In this document: positions 11,565 to 19,886 of the stretch, in pieces | Layout of the letters: each line of letters starts with the position of its first letter | How positions within the stretch are numbered: the first letter of the stretch is position 1 | Source: an uncultured Gammaproteobacteria bacterium | GTDB lineage: Bacteria > Actinomycetota > Acidimicrobiia > Spongiisociales > SHLN01 | Assembly (NCBI GenBank): GCA_964195905.1 | Contig: CAXMQV010000058.1 | Span: forward strand, 21,865-85,864 | Direction of reading: 5' to 3' | DNA: 64,000 nt | Position numbers and translations under genes: made by a program | Notes under the pieces: model-generated | Databases searched by the model: none | Seen by the model: the letters and a program-made list of their open reading frames with translations, nothing else | Told to the model about the DNA's origin: nothing

Positions 11565-12545
11565 CTAGTTGGCATCAGCGCGAGTTACCGTCACCTGGGT
11601 CACTGCATTCAATTCGTCTCGATACGCATAATCCGCGTGTTCGACGGCCAGGACCGTGAAGGTAATCGTGTCTTCGCTGATCGCCGGAGCGGAGAAACTC
11701 ACCTTCCCCGTTGGGTTGGTGATTCCAATCACCGTTTCGGTGAAAGCGCCGGTCCAGCGAGCCGTAACCGCGATGCCGCCGAGACTCCCCGCGTCCGTCA
11801 GAGCCAGCCGGACCTGAACGGAAGGCTCCCACAGGCCGTCTCCAAGATCTCCGCCGGACTGAAGGGCGTTCACGAACACGCCAACACCCGATGGAACAGT
11901 CGCGGTGGTAGTTGTGGTGGGAACTGTCGTGGTGGTGGTCGTGGTCGGTGGTGGCAGGGTCGTGGTCGTGGGAGGAAATGTGGTTGTCGTGGTCGGTGGC
12001 ACCGTCGTGGTAGTTGTCGTGGTTGTCGTCGTGGGCGGGAGTGTGGTCGTGGTGATGGGTGGTCGGGTAGTTGTAGTGGTTGGTTGGGTGGTCAAGGTAG
12101 TGGTGGCCCGGACCGTCGTCGTCGTGGCTGGTGGGAGGGGGGGCAGCGTCGAGGTTGCAGCAGGCGGCAGGCTCGTGGAGGTTGACGTCGTAGCTGCGCC
12201 TCCGGATTCTGTTGTCGAGGGCTGCGAGGTTGTCGAGGTTGACGGAGCGGCGGTCGTGTCGGTCGCCAAACCGGTGTCAGAGGCAATGGTCGTTCCCGTG
12301 GTCGTCGATGTCCCGTTGCCAAGCGCCGCCAGAATGTCGGCCGTAGCGCTGATGTCATCTGTGTTCGGACCAGCCGCGTCACCGGGGACCGTCGTCAATT
12401 GGATGCCGAGCACGGTGGACACAACGGGGCTCGAGGGGCCAGTGAGCGCATCGGCGGCAACGAAAAGCGCTCCTCCCATTGCTGTCGCCACGATGACGCG
12501 ACGCGCCCAACGATTCACAAACCCAGCATCAAATAGATCCAGCAC
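11565..12545 (-). CDS. signal-anchored Thr/Pro-rich protein with conserved C-terminal domain (paralog 2)
   Basis: Same architecture as the downstream gene; C-terminal ...GKVSFSAPAISEDTITFTVLAVEHADYAYRDE aligns with paralog 1. Confidence 0.6.
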   Translation of the reverse strand: MLDLFDAGFVNRWARRVIVATAMGGALFVAADALTGPSSPVVSTVLGIQLTTVPGDAAGPNTDDISATADILAALGNGTSTTTGTTIASDTGLATDTTAAPSTSTTSQPSTTESGGAATTSTSTSLPPAATSTLPPLPPATTTTVRATTTLTTQPTTTTTRPPITTTTLPPTTTTTTTTTTVPPTTTTTFPPTTTTLPPPTTTTTTTVPTTTTTATVPSGVGVFVNALQSGGDLGDGLWEPSVQVRLALTDAGSLGGIAVTARWTGAFTETVIGITNPTGKVSFSAPAISEDTITFTVLAVEHADYAYRDELNAVTQVTVTRADAN

Positions 12546-12617
12546 TGCCGCCTTACCGATTGCCCGCCACCACTATACGCGGTGTTGAATCACTGCCGGC
12601 GCCCGCGGCCGTCCGCC

Positions 12618-13016
12618 ATGCGATGCTTACTTCCGAGACCTCGATCTGGCAGAATCATCACTGTGACGAAACAGGTTCGCCGGTGCCCATGGTGTGCGGC
12701 ACAGCTACCCGAGTCTTCCGGCCCCGGTCGGCCGCGTCTGTTCTGCAAACGCTCTCATCGGCAAAGGCACTACGAGGCTCGTCGTCTCGCGGTTGCGCAG
12801 GGACTGGCTCCCGATGAGGTGTTGATCAGCCGGCAACAGTTCGATGAATGGCGCGATCGGATCTATCTCCTCGAGGCTGCGCTGGAAGACGCCGAGCAGG
12901 ATCTCGGCGATGCACCAACGCTGCGGGAGTACACGGAGGCGTTTCAGACCCTGTACGAAGCGGCTAGCAGGACGAAGGCGTTTCGCCTCGAGGCCCGGGC
13001 ACTCGGAGCTGAGTGA
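12618..13016 (+). CDS. hypothetical zinc-ribbon protein
   Basis: CPWC...x15...FCKRSHRQRHYEARR four-ligand ribbon followed by helical C-terminus; start uncertain (12582, 12618 or GTG 12663). Confidence 0.35.
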   Translation: MRCLLPRPRSGRIITVTKQVRRCPWCAAQLPESSGPGRPRLFCKRSHRQRHYEARRLAVAQGLAPDEVLISRQQFDEWRDRIYLLEAALEDAEQDLGDAPTLREYTEAFQTLYEAASRTKAFRLEARALGAE

Positions 13017-13030
13017 TCGGTCGGCTCTCG

Positions 13031-13237
13031 CTAGCGACTCATGGCGGATCGGACCCTGCCGCGGAGGGACTCGACCCACAGGCGTGGCCGCTCGAACTCG
13101 CTGCCCAGCACGGCCAGGCCGGCAATGATGACCACAGTGCCTGGGCCCGGGATGAAGAGGAGGACGATCCCCACCAGAACGATGGACGCTCCGAGCACGG
13201 CTACGACGAGGCGACGGACCAGGCTCAGTGGCTTCAT
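13031..13237 (-). CDS. PGPGW-motif small transmembrane protein
   Basis: MKPLSLVRRLVVAVLGASIVLVGIVLLFIPGPGTVVIIAGLAVLG: two TM helices around the PGPG motif; start moved to internal ATG 13237. Confidence 0.45.
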   Translation of the reverse strand: MKPLSLVRRLVVAVLGASIVLVGIVLLFIPGPGTVVIIAGLAVLGSEFERPRLWVESLRGRVRSAMSR

Positions 13238-13534
13238 GCAATCCCCCTCTGTCGTAGGTGACAACCTTACCGGCGAACGGTTGCTTGCCGACACGTGACC
13301 GGGCGGTGGGGGAGTGGGGCGTCTACACGTCTGATAGCAGGGCGGGTGTTGGGGCGGAGCGAAGAGGCTCCAATCCATCCGTGCTTGTCGGCCACGGCGG
13401 TGCCGATGCCATGCAGCGGGGATCTACGTCGGTCGATGGACAGATGGTATCGAAGATGGTCTATCCCACTTTTACGTCACAGTGACGTATTGAGCCCCCG
13501 GTGAAGGGAGCGACCGGGGTAGCGCAAATTGGAT

Positions 13535-13831
13535 CTAGCTTGGACGAAGAGCGCCGATTCCGTCAATCTCGAAGGCGAAGTCATCGATCCAGCAGTACCA
13601 CCAGGCTTCGTCGGGCTCGAAACTCCGAAGAAGGACATGATCGGGATGAGCTTCGTAGTGATGGCGAGCGTGATGGTGTTCGGATTGATCGCAGCATCCA
13701 ACGTGACCGCACGAGGCGCACATTCGGAGGTGAACCCAGCTCGAGCCGATCCGGAGGCAATCCTCACAGCCGTCGGTACGGGGAGCTACATCAGGCAGCT
13801 CGTCGGGAACATGGGTGCAGTCGTCGGCCAT
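13535..13831 (-). CDS. zf-UBP (ubiquitin-hydrolase-type zinc finger) domain protein
   Basis: CEDCLRIGSSWVHLRMCASCGHVGCCDQSEHHHARHHYEAHPDHVLLRSFEPDEAWWYCWIDD matches zf-UBP Cys/His spacing. Confidence 0.6.
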   Translation of the reverse strand: MADDCTHVPDELPDVAPRTDGCEDCLRIGSSWVHLRMCASCGHVGCCDQSEHHHARHHYEAHPDHVLLRSFEPDEAWWYCWIDDFAFEIDGIGALRPS

Positions 13832-14010
13832 GCGAGGAGCGTAGTGGGTCGGGGCCCACACATACCGCCCATAATCCCCGTTATGTAAAGCTAGAGGCGG
13901 GCTGAGGGATGTACATCCTCCGGCATGGGTGCAGCCCTATCTTCCGTGCTTGCCGGCAGGCGCCCGCCTACACTCCCAGCCAGTACGGGGAACCTACCGA
14001 AAGGCGCGTA

Positions 14011-14340
14011 ATGGCGAAATATATGCTGTTGTACAAAGGCGAATCCACCGACATGTCGGATATGACCGAGGAGCAGGCCGGAGAGGTCATGGCCAAGTGG
14101 GGCGCTTGGATGGAGAAGGTCGGACCAGCTCTCAGCGACCTCGGCACGCCGTTCGGCCCCGGCACCTCACAGGTGGACGACGGAACCACCGGCACCGCCT
14201 TGTCACTTACCGGATACTCGATCGTGGAGGCCGCCGACCAGGCCGAGGCCCAGTCTCTCACCGTCGGTCATCCGTACCTGAGCGAAGGCAAGGGCGACTA
14301 TGCCATCGAAATCTTCGAGTTGATGCCGGTTCCCCTCTAG
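14011..14340 (+). CDS. YciI-like (YCII-related) domain protein
   Basis: MAKYMLLYKGE...MAKWGAWMEK...GHPYL pattern; GAAAGG RBS before ATG 14011. Confidence 0.6.
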   Translation: MAKYMLLYKGESTDMSDMTEEQAGEVMAKWGAWMEKVGPALSDLGTPFGPGTSQVDDGTTGTALSLTGYSIVEAADQAEAQSLTVGHPYLSEGKGDYAIEIFELMPVPL

Positions 14341-14945
14341 TCCCAGAGGGTCGGAAACAGCACCACCGGCTGGGGCTCGATGTGCTCGTCGGCCTCATCC
14401 GGGCCGACCAACCGTTCCAGCAGGCCTGCCCAGTTGAAGTCCTCGGTGATCTGTGAGGCCGGGATCGTCGTCAAGCGCGCGGCCGGGATGTAGGTCGGGA
14501 CGATGGCGTCGAGGATTGTTTCAACCTCGTTGCGGAATTTGTAGTTCGTGCTGCGCACCCCGTCACCCCGCAAGGGGATGTCCGGTAGCAGTCTGACAAA
14601 CAGGTCGTATGTCGAGCACCAGTTGCGAATGAGGGGCTTCACATCGAATGGGTCCACTCCCCCGGTGACACGAAGGAAGTAAGCGAAGTTGTCGATGACC
14701 GCCCGGTCGGTCACGAGGACCTCGGCCCGGTTGCGGAGCTCGAGCTCTTGCTGGATCTGGGCCATGAGCACCCAGAGTTGGGCTTCCGGCGACGCGCCCT
14801 CGTTGAGGCCGAGCGGATTGAACCGGATGACCTCGCGGCCAACCTCGACGCTGCGCCCACTCCGGCCCACCGCACCGGCAAACGAGTGCACGGCGTTCGT
14901 CTTCCGCACGGAGTGGGATCCAATGAAGGCGATTTTCGACGGCAT
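14337..14945 (-). CDS. P-loop NTPase-like protein with degenerate Walker A (NadR/AAA_28-like)
   Basis: KIAFIGSHSVRKT where the canonical Gly before Lys is Arg; Walker-B-like hhhhD (VLVTD); ~200 aa. Confidence 0.4.
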   Translation of the reverse strand: MPSKIAFIGSHSVRKTNAVHSFAGAVGRSGRSVEVGREVIRFNPLGLNEGASPEAQLWVLMAQIQQELELRNRAEVLVTDRAVIDNFAYFLRVTGGVDPFDVKPLIRNWCSTYDLFVRLLPDIPLRGDGVRSTNYKFRNEVETILDAIVPTYIPAARLTTIPASQITEDFNWAGLLERLVGPDEADEHIEPQPVVLFPTLWD

Positions 14946-15044
14946 GGTGACTCTCGAGAAGGGCTCGGCGTCTACGCTACCGCCGCTCGGTCCCGTCGTG
15001 GCGGCGCCATCTCGTGGCGCACTGAGCGCGGTATCTTGTCGCCC

Positions 15045-15443
15045 ATGAAACTACGAACTTTGACACTGCTGTTCGCCGTGCTGCTGGCGGCGTGTGGGGG
15101 AAGCGCCACCGCCACCGCCGAGATACAGCTTGTCTCCGCGTCCGCCGCGGCGGCCGTTCTCGACGATCGCGCCCCCGACGTTGTGCTCCTCGATGTCCGC
15201 ACTCCCGAAGAGTTCAACCAGGTCCGGGTCCCCGGGTCGGTCAACGTCGACTTCTACGCCGCCGACTTCGCCTCCCAAATCGACGCCTTGCCCAAGGACG
15301 TCCCGTACGTGGTCTATTGCCGCTCGGGTAATCGAAGCTCCCAGACCATGGACATCATGCGGGAGCTCGGCTTTTCAGAGGTGTGGGATGTCGACGGCGG
15401 CATTATCTCGTGGAATGAGGCCGGACTTCCGCTCGAAAACTAG
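15045..15443 (+). CDS. rhodanese-domain lipoprotein
   Basis: MKLRTLTLLFAVLLAACGG lipobox; rhodanese fold with active-site loop CRSGNRS. Confidence 0.7.
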   Translation: MKLRTLTLLFAVLLAACGGSATATAEIQLVSASAAAAVLDDRAPDVVLLDVRTPEEFNQVRVPGSVNVDFYAADFASQIDALPKDVPYVVYCRSGNRSSQTMDIMRELGFSEVWDVDGGIISWNEAGLPLEN

Positions 15444-15631
15444 GGCTGATTGAACAGCTCTTCGGTGATCCGATTGACGTCGTCGTAGTGGTCGTCGACC
15501 TGTCCGGCTGATTTCCCGGAGTTCTCCAACACCACCAGCGGCGTATGGGGGCTTTCGACCGGTCCCTGGACCGGAGTGGCCGCGGCGCATCCGGCGGACA
15601 CGAGGGTTAGGACTGCGACAGTACGTTTCAT
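15440..15631 (-). CDS. small putative lipoprotein
   Basis: MKRTVAVLTLVSAGCAA lipobox-like signal; 63 aa; convergent 4-nt overlap with the rhodanese gene. Confidence 0.3.
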   Translation of the reverse strand: MKRTVAVLTLVSAGCAAATPVQGPVESPHTPLVVLENSGKSAGQVDDHYDDVNRITEELFNQP

Positions 15632-15843
15632 ACCATCTGTATCGGCCGGCGGGGGTTTCCCTCCATCCCCTGTGGGTGCGACAGTTCATCCGCCACTCCC
15701 CCGTTCTGATCTATTGCGGTTGGTAGCCGACGCCGTGCCCGCGGGACTCGTCGCAGAGAGTTCGAACCGACATCCAGACGTGGGAATAAACACGTGTCTA
15801 AGGACGGTTGGCAGCGATCACACGCACATCAGGAGGAACCATC

Positions 15844-16809
15844 ATGAAGGACAAACGCACGGCGCTCGTAACGGGCGCCAACAGCGGTCTCGGGCTCGAA
15901 GCCGCCGCCCAGGTGGCCAGCCAGGGATACGACCGGGTCATCATCACCGCCCGGACCGAGCAGAAGGGCGCCGCCGCCCGGGATGAGCTGGTCGAACGAA
16001 CCGGCAAGGACGTGTTCGAGACCCTGGCGCTCGACAACGCCGAGCTCGATACCGTCGAGGCAGCCGCCAGGCAACTGGCCGAGCGTGGCGGGAAGATCGA
16101 CGTGCTGATTCTCAACGCCGGCATTTCTCCCACCAAGGAGATCTCACGGACCGCCGAAGGCATCGAGCTGACCGTGGCGGCGACCCTCACCGGCCATCAC
16201 GTGCTCACCATGCGGCTCCTCGAACATGGTCTTCTCAGCGACTCGGCCAGGATCGTCATTGCTGGCTCCGAAGCAGCCCGGGGCGACGTGCCGATGTTCA
16301 AGCCAGTTGACATCGAGGCGTTCGCCACCGAGAACTTCACCGGTGACCTGGAGGCTGCCATCGAGAGCCAGATCCGGATGGACCCACCTGCTACCTACCA
16401 CCCGGGAAACCAGTACGCCACCGCCAAGGTGTTCGTGGCCTGGTGGGCGGCCGAGCTGGCGAATCGGTTGCCTGCTGGCATGACCGTGAACGCCGTGTCA
16501 CCGGGAAGCACCCCCGACACGAACGGGGCCCGGAACGCCCCGTTTCTCATGAAGTACCTCTTGATGCCGATCTTCAAGCTGGTGCCGGGCATGTCGCACA
16601 CCATCGACAAGGGAGCAGGTCGCTATCTCGAAGTGGCTGCCGAGGGTGACGGTGTGACGGGCAAGTTTTTCGCCTCGAAAGCGAAGAAGATGACGGGGCC
16701 CCTCCACATCATGGAGATGGATCACTTCAACCACACAGCAGGCCAGCAGGCGTTGTGGGCGGTGACCGCCAAGGTATCCGGAGGAGTCGGTTACCCGGCA
16801 AACGCTTAG
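15844..16809 (+). CDS. SDR-family oxidoreductase
   Basis: TALVTGANSGLGLE Rossmann, NAG motif (LILNAGI), catalytic YxxxK (YATAK). Confidence 0.75.
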   Translation: MKDKRTALVTGANSGLGLEAAAQVASQGYDRVIITARTEQKGAAARDELVERTGKDVFETLALDNAELDTVEAAARQLAERGGKIDVLILNAGISPTKEISRTAEGIELTVAATLTGHHVLTMRLLEHGLLSDSARIVIAGSEAARGDVPMFKPVDIEAFATENFTGDLEAAIESQIRMDPPATYHPGNQYATAKVFVAWWAAELANRLPAGMTVNAVSPGSTPDTNGARNAPFLMKYLLMPIFKLVPGMSHTIDKGAGRYLEVAAEGDGVTGKFFASKAKKMTGPLHIMEMDHFNHTAGQQALWAVTAKVSGGVGYPANA

Positions 16810-16936
16810 TCCGGCCACCCGTTCGAAACGACCCCGGTGGAAGCCGGGGTCGTTTCCTTTGCCCTCCGAACGGTTTGGCCGCAAGACTCCTCGGTACGCT
16901 ACGAGACCGATCGTCGGCTACGGACAGGAGACCTCT

Positions 16937-17452
16937 ATGGCGCCAGCCCATGACACACGCGACTGGCCCGGAACCCGCCGGATGTTCCGTCGAGCATTTC
17001 GCTCCTCGTTCCATTACTCGATCGCGTCCGTCGCGGTAGACGGATCGCCGCATGTCACTCCGATTGCCTCGGTGCTTCTCACCGAACCGGGCCGGGGCAT
17101 CTTCTTTGACATCTTTACGGCCCAGCTCTCCGCCAATCTCGATAGGGACCCCCGGATCTGTGTCATGGCCGTGGACAGCTCACGCCGCTTCTGGTTCGCT
17201 TCGTTGCGACGGGGTCGATTCATTGAGCCCCCGGCGCTCAGGCTGGTCGGGACCGCCGGGCCTCGCAGGCCCGCCACCGCTGTCGAGCAGGAGCGGTGGT
17301 TGCGTCGGGTCCGTCCAATCCGCCGACTTAAGGGTCACGATTTGCTGTGGGGAGAGCTCCCGCTTGTGCGGGACTTGACCTTTGAGAACGCAATGCCCGT
17401 CCGGCTCGGACGTATGACCGGGTACGAGACTCCCGGCCCGGGCGTAGAGTGA
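16937..17452 (+). CDS. pyridoxamine 5'-phosphate oxidase-like / PPOX-class FMN(F420)-binding protein
   Basis: AGGAG RBS before ATG 16937; split-barrel-like pattern (HYSIASVAVDGSPHVTPIA). Confidence 0.45.
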   Translation: MAPAHDTRDWPGTRRMFRRAFRSSFHYSIASVAVDGSPHVTPIASVLLTEPGRGIFFDIFTAQLSANLDRDPRICVMAVDSSRRFWFASLRRGRFIEPPALRLVGTAGPRRPATAVEQERWLRRVRPIRRLKGHDLLWGELPLVRDLTFENAMPVRLGRMTGYETPGPGVE

Positions 17453-17459
17453 TCGCGTC

Positions 17460-18407
17460 ATGAAAGTCACCGAACACCTCGAACGGGCCGCCGACCCGTT
17501 CATCACCTTCGAGATCATCCCACCGACGCGCGGCGGCCAGCTGTCCAGCTTGCTCGGTCTGATCGAGGATCTCATGAAGCACCGGCCGCCCTTCATCGAC
17601 ATCACGAGCCATGCGGCCGAAGTCGTCTACGAGGAGGTGCCAACCGGGTACGAGAAGCGCATCAAGCGCAAGCGGCCCGGAACGCTTGGAGTGTGCGCGC
17701 TTGTGCAGAACAAGTTCAACATCGACGCGGTTCCCCACATCCTCTGTGAAGGATTCACCAGGGAGGAGACCGAGGACTTCCTGATCGAGCTCCGCTACCT
17801 CGACATCGACAACGTCCTCGCCATCAGAGGGGACTCATCTGGATACGAGAAGCGGCTCGATCACGGCCGAAGCCGCAACGTGTACGGCTCGGATCTCATC
17901 GCACAGATCTCCGAGATGAACAAGGGCATCTACCTCGAAGAGCTCCTGGACGCATCGCCGACTGAGTTCTGCATCGGGGCAGCCGGATACCCCGAGAAGC
18001 ATTTCGAGGCGCCCAACCTCTCGGCCGATATTGCCCGTGTCAAGCAGAAGGTCGACGCCGGTGCCGAGTATGTCGTCACCCAGATGTTCTTTGACAACGC
18101 CCACTACTTCAACTTCGTCGAGGAATGCCGGCGCCAGGGCATCACAGTTCCCATCATTCCCGGCCTCAAAGTCCTCGCCAGCCAACAACAAGTCGTGACC
18201 ATCCCGCGTACATTCCATTGCGAGGTGCCTGCCGCCTTAGCTGAGGAGGTAATGAGCGCCGACGAAGGGTTCGCCTCCGACATCGGAGTCGAGTGGGCGA
18301 CCAGGCAGACCCGGGATCTCCTCGAGCAGGGGGTGCCGTCGGTGCACTTCTACGTCATGCAGAGTGCTCGCCTCGTGAACGGGGTCCTCGCAGGCCTCGA
18401 CGTCTAG
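17460..18407 (+). CDS. metF: 5,10-methylenetetrahydrofolate reductase
   Basis: FEIIPPTRGG N-terminal motif and full MTHFR TIM-barrel collinearity, 315 aa. Confidence 0.85.
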   Translation: MKVTEHLERAADPFITFEIIPPTRGGQLSSLLGLIEDLMKHRPPFIDITSHAAEVVYEEVPTGYEKRIKRKRPGTLGVCALVQNKFNIDAVPHILCEGFTREETEDFLIELRYLDIDNVLAIRGDSSGYEKRLDHGRSRNVYGSDLIAQISEMNKGIYLEELLDASPTEFCIGAAGYPEKHFEAPNLSADIARVKQKVDAGAEYVVTQMFFDNAHYFNFVEECRRQGITVPIIPGLKVLASQQQVVTIPRTFHCEVPAALAEEVMSADEGFASDIGVEWATRQTRDLLEQGVPSVHFYVMQSARLVNGVLAGLDV

Positions 18408-18808
18408 GCAGGTTCGAGGATGAATACGGGTATGACCCGCTCGGTGCCGGCCTCATACTCGGCGAAGTTCGGGCGGTCGGCCTTCTGCTTCGCCCAAATC
18501 GGCTCGCGTTCCTCCGGAGTCGCTTCTCGGGCGGTTATCGCCACGGTTTCCGTACCGACCTCTATCGAAGTCGCCGGGTTCGCTTTCAGGTTGTAGAACC
18601 AGTCCGGGTGTGTGTGGGCGCCGCCCTTTGAGGCGAAGATCGCGTATCCGCCGTCAACCGCTTGATAGGCGAGCGGGCTCACACGCGACGTGCCGGACTT
18701 GGCGCCGATGTGGTTGAGCAGCAGGAGTGTCCAGCCATCGAACCCTCCCCCGAGGACGCCGTCGTTTGCCCGAAACTCCTCGATGATGTTTGCATTCCAG
18801 TCCGACAT
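18404..18808 (-). CDS. deazaflavin(F420)-dependent nitroreductase family (DDN-like) protein
   Basis: MSDWNANIIEEFRANDG...LLLNHIGAKSG...REIPV split beta-barrel pattern typical of DDN/FDOR-A. Confidence 0.7.
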   Translation of the reverse strand: MSDWNANIIEEFRANDGVLGGGFDGWTLLLLNHIGAKSGTSRVSPLAYQAVDGGYAIFASKGGAHTHPDWFYNLKANPATSIEVGTETVAITAREATPEEREPIWAKQKADRPNFAEYEAGTERVIPVFILEPA

Positions 18809-18930
18809 AAGCCTCCTTGGTGAGGGGCGATTCTATGGGGAAGCGGAGGCAACCGGAACCCGAAATCGGAACCGACCCGATGACTTGACACGTCCTCTAT
18901 GGTGGGACGGGGATGTCAAAAGGAGGTCGA

Positions 18931-19122
18931 ATGGTGTTCGTGTGGTCCGATGATCTTGCATTACTGCTCCGGGATGAAGGCGCCGCGACCTCCCGACAGC
19001 TCGGTCATTGGATATCGAAACCCATCGGCTACCGGCTGCCCCAAGATACCGACCCGGTCGCTTTCGCTCGCGATCTCCTCCGCCGCGAAGACCACGCGGT
19101 TCAACAGCGCCGGGCTTCCTAG
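18931..19122 (+). CDS. small hypothetical protein (63 aa)
   Basis: Perfect AAAGGAGG Shine-Dalgarno 5 nt before ATG 18931; no known domain. Confidence 0.4.
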   Translation: MVFVWSDDLALLLRDEGAATSRQLGHWISKPIGYRLPQDTDPVAFARDLLRREDHAVQQRRAS

Positions 19123-19811
19123 GCGCCAAGGGCGGCGTCAACCGCCGCCAGTGCGTGCAGCGTGGTGGTCGGAAAGTAGGGACAGGCCACGTCCCCGGCG
19201 GCAACCAGCAGTTCGATCTCGGTACAACCGGCAATGACACCTTCTGCTCCGTCTCCGACCATGCGCTCGATGACCGCCAGGAACCTGTCGCGCGATTCAG
19301 GCTTTACCTCGCCACGGACCAGCTCATCGAATATCACTTCGTGGATCATGGCTCGCTCCAGCCCGGTCGGAATCGACACGTCGAGGCCCCGGTCGGCCAG
19401 ACGCCCGCGGTAGAAGTCATGCTCCATGGTGTAGCGGGTGCCGAGCAGCGCAACCCGGGTCAGGCCGGCCCGCTCGATGGCATCGGCGGTTGCGTCGGCG
19501 ATGTGAAGGAACGGCACGGTAACGGCCGCCTCGATAGCCGGGGCAACCCGATGCATCGTGTTCGTGCAGAGAACGATGAGCTCGGCTCCGGCCGCTTCCA
19601 GTTGCGCGGCGTCGGCGGCCAGGAGGGCGCCTGCCCCGTTCCAATCGTCATTTTCTTGTAGCGCCTCTATGGCGGCGAAGTCGTATGAGCGGATCAGGAG
19701 GTCGGCCGAGTGGGTGCCTCCGAGGCGGCGGCGCACTTCGGTGTTGATGAGTCGTTCGTACTCGATCGAGGACTCCCAGCTCATTCCGCCGAGCAATCCA
19801 ATGGTTTTCAT
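19119..19811 (-). CDS. aspartate/glutamate/hydantoin racemase family protein
   Basis: MKTIGLLGGMSWESS start, two catalytic-Cys regions (VLCTNTMH ... IAGCTEIELL). Confidence 0.75.
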   Translation of the reverse strand: MKTIGLLGGMSWESSIEYERLINTEVRRRLGGTHSADLLIRSYDFAAIEALQENDDWNGAGALLAADAAQLEAAGAELIVLCTNTMHRVAPAIEAAVTVPFLHIADATADAIERAGLTRVALLGTRYTMEHDFYRGRLADRGLDVSIPTGLERAMIHEVIFDELVRGEVKPESRDRFLAVIERMVGDGAEGVIAGCTEIELLVAAGDVACPYFPTTTLHALAAVDAALGA

Positions 19812-19886
19812 GCCTAATCGGTCTCCTGTCCGATCCGACGATACCGGGCGAACCGGCCACCGCCGCCGCATCGGTAGCCTCAGGGC

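Noticed and set aside
11040-12100. Short ACC/ACG/GGT-rich nucleotide repeats that look like an array
   Set aside because: They encode the Thr/Pro low-complexity linkers of the two paralogous genes. No spacer-repeat periodicity, so not CRISPR.
13501-13905. 134-aa plus-strand ORF (Arg/Ser-rich)
   Set aside because: Antisense to the zf-UBP gene, which has a convincing metal-ligand pattern.
15787-15800. ACACGTGT 8-bp palindrome upstream of the SDR gene at 15844
   Set aside because: Too short to distinguish from chance. Noted only as a possible E-box-like operator.
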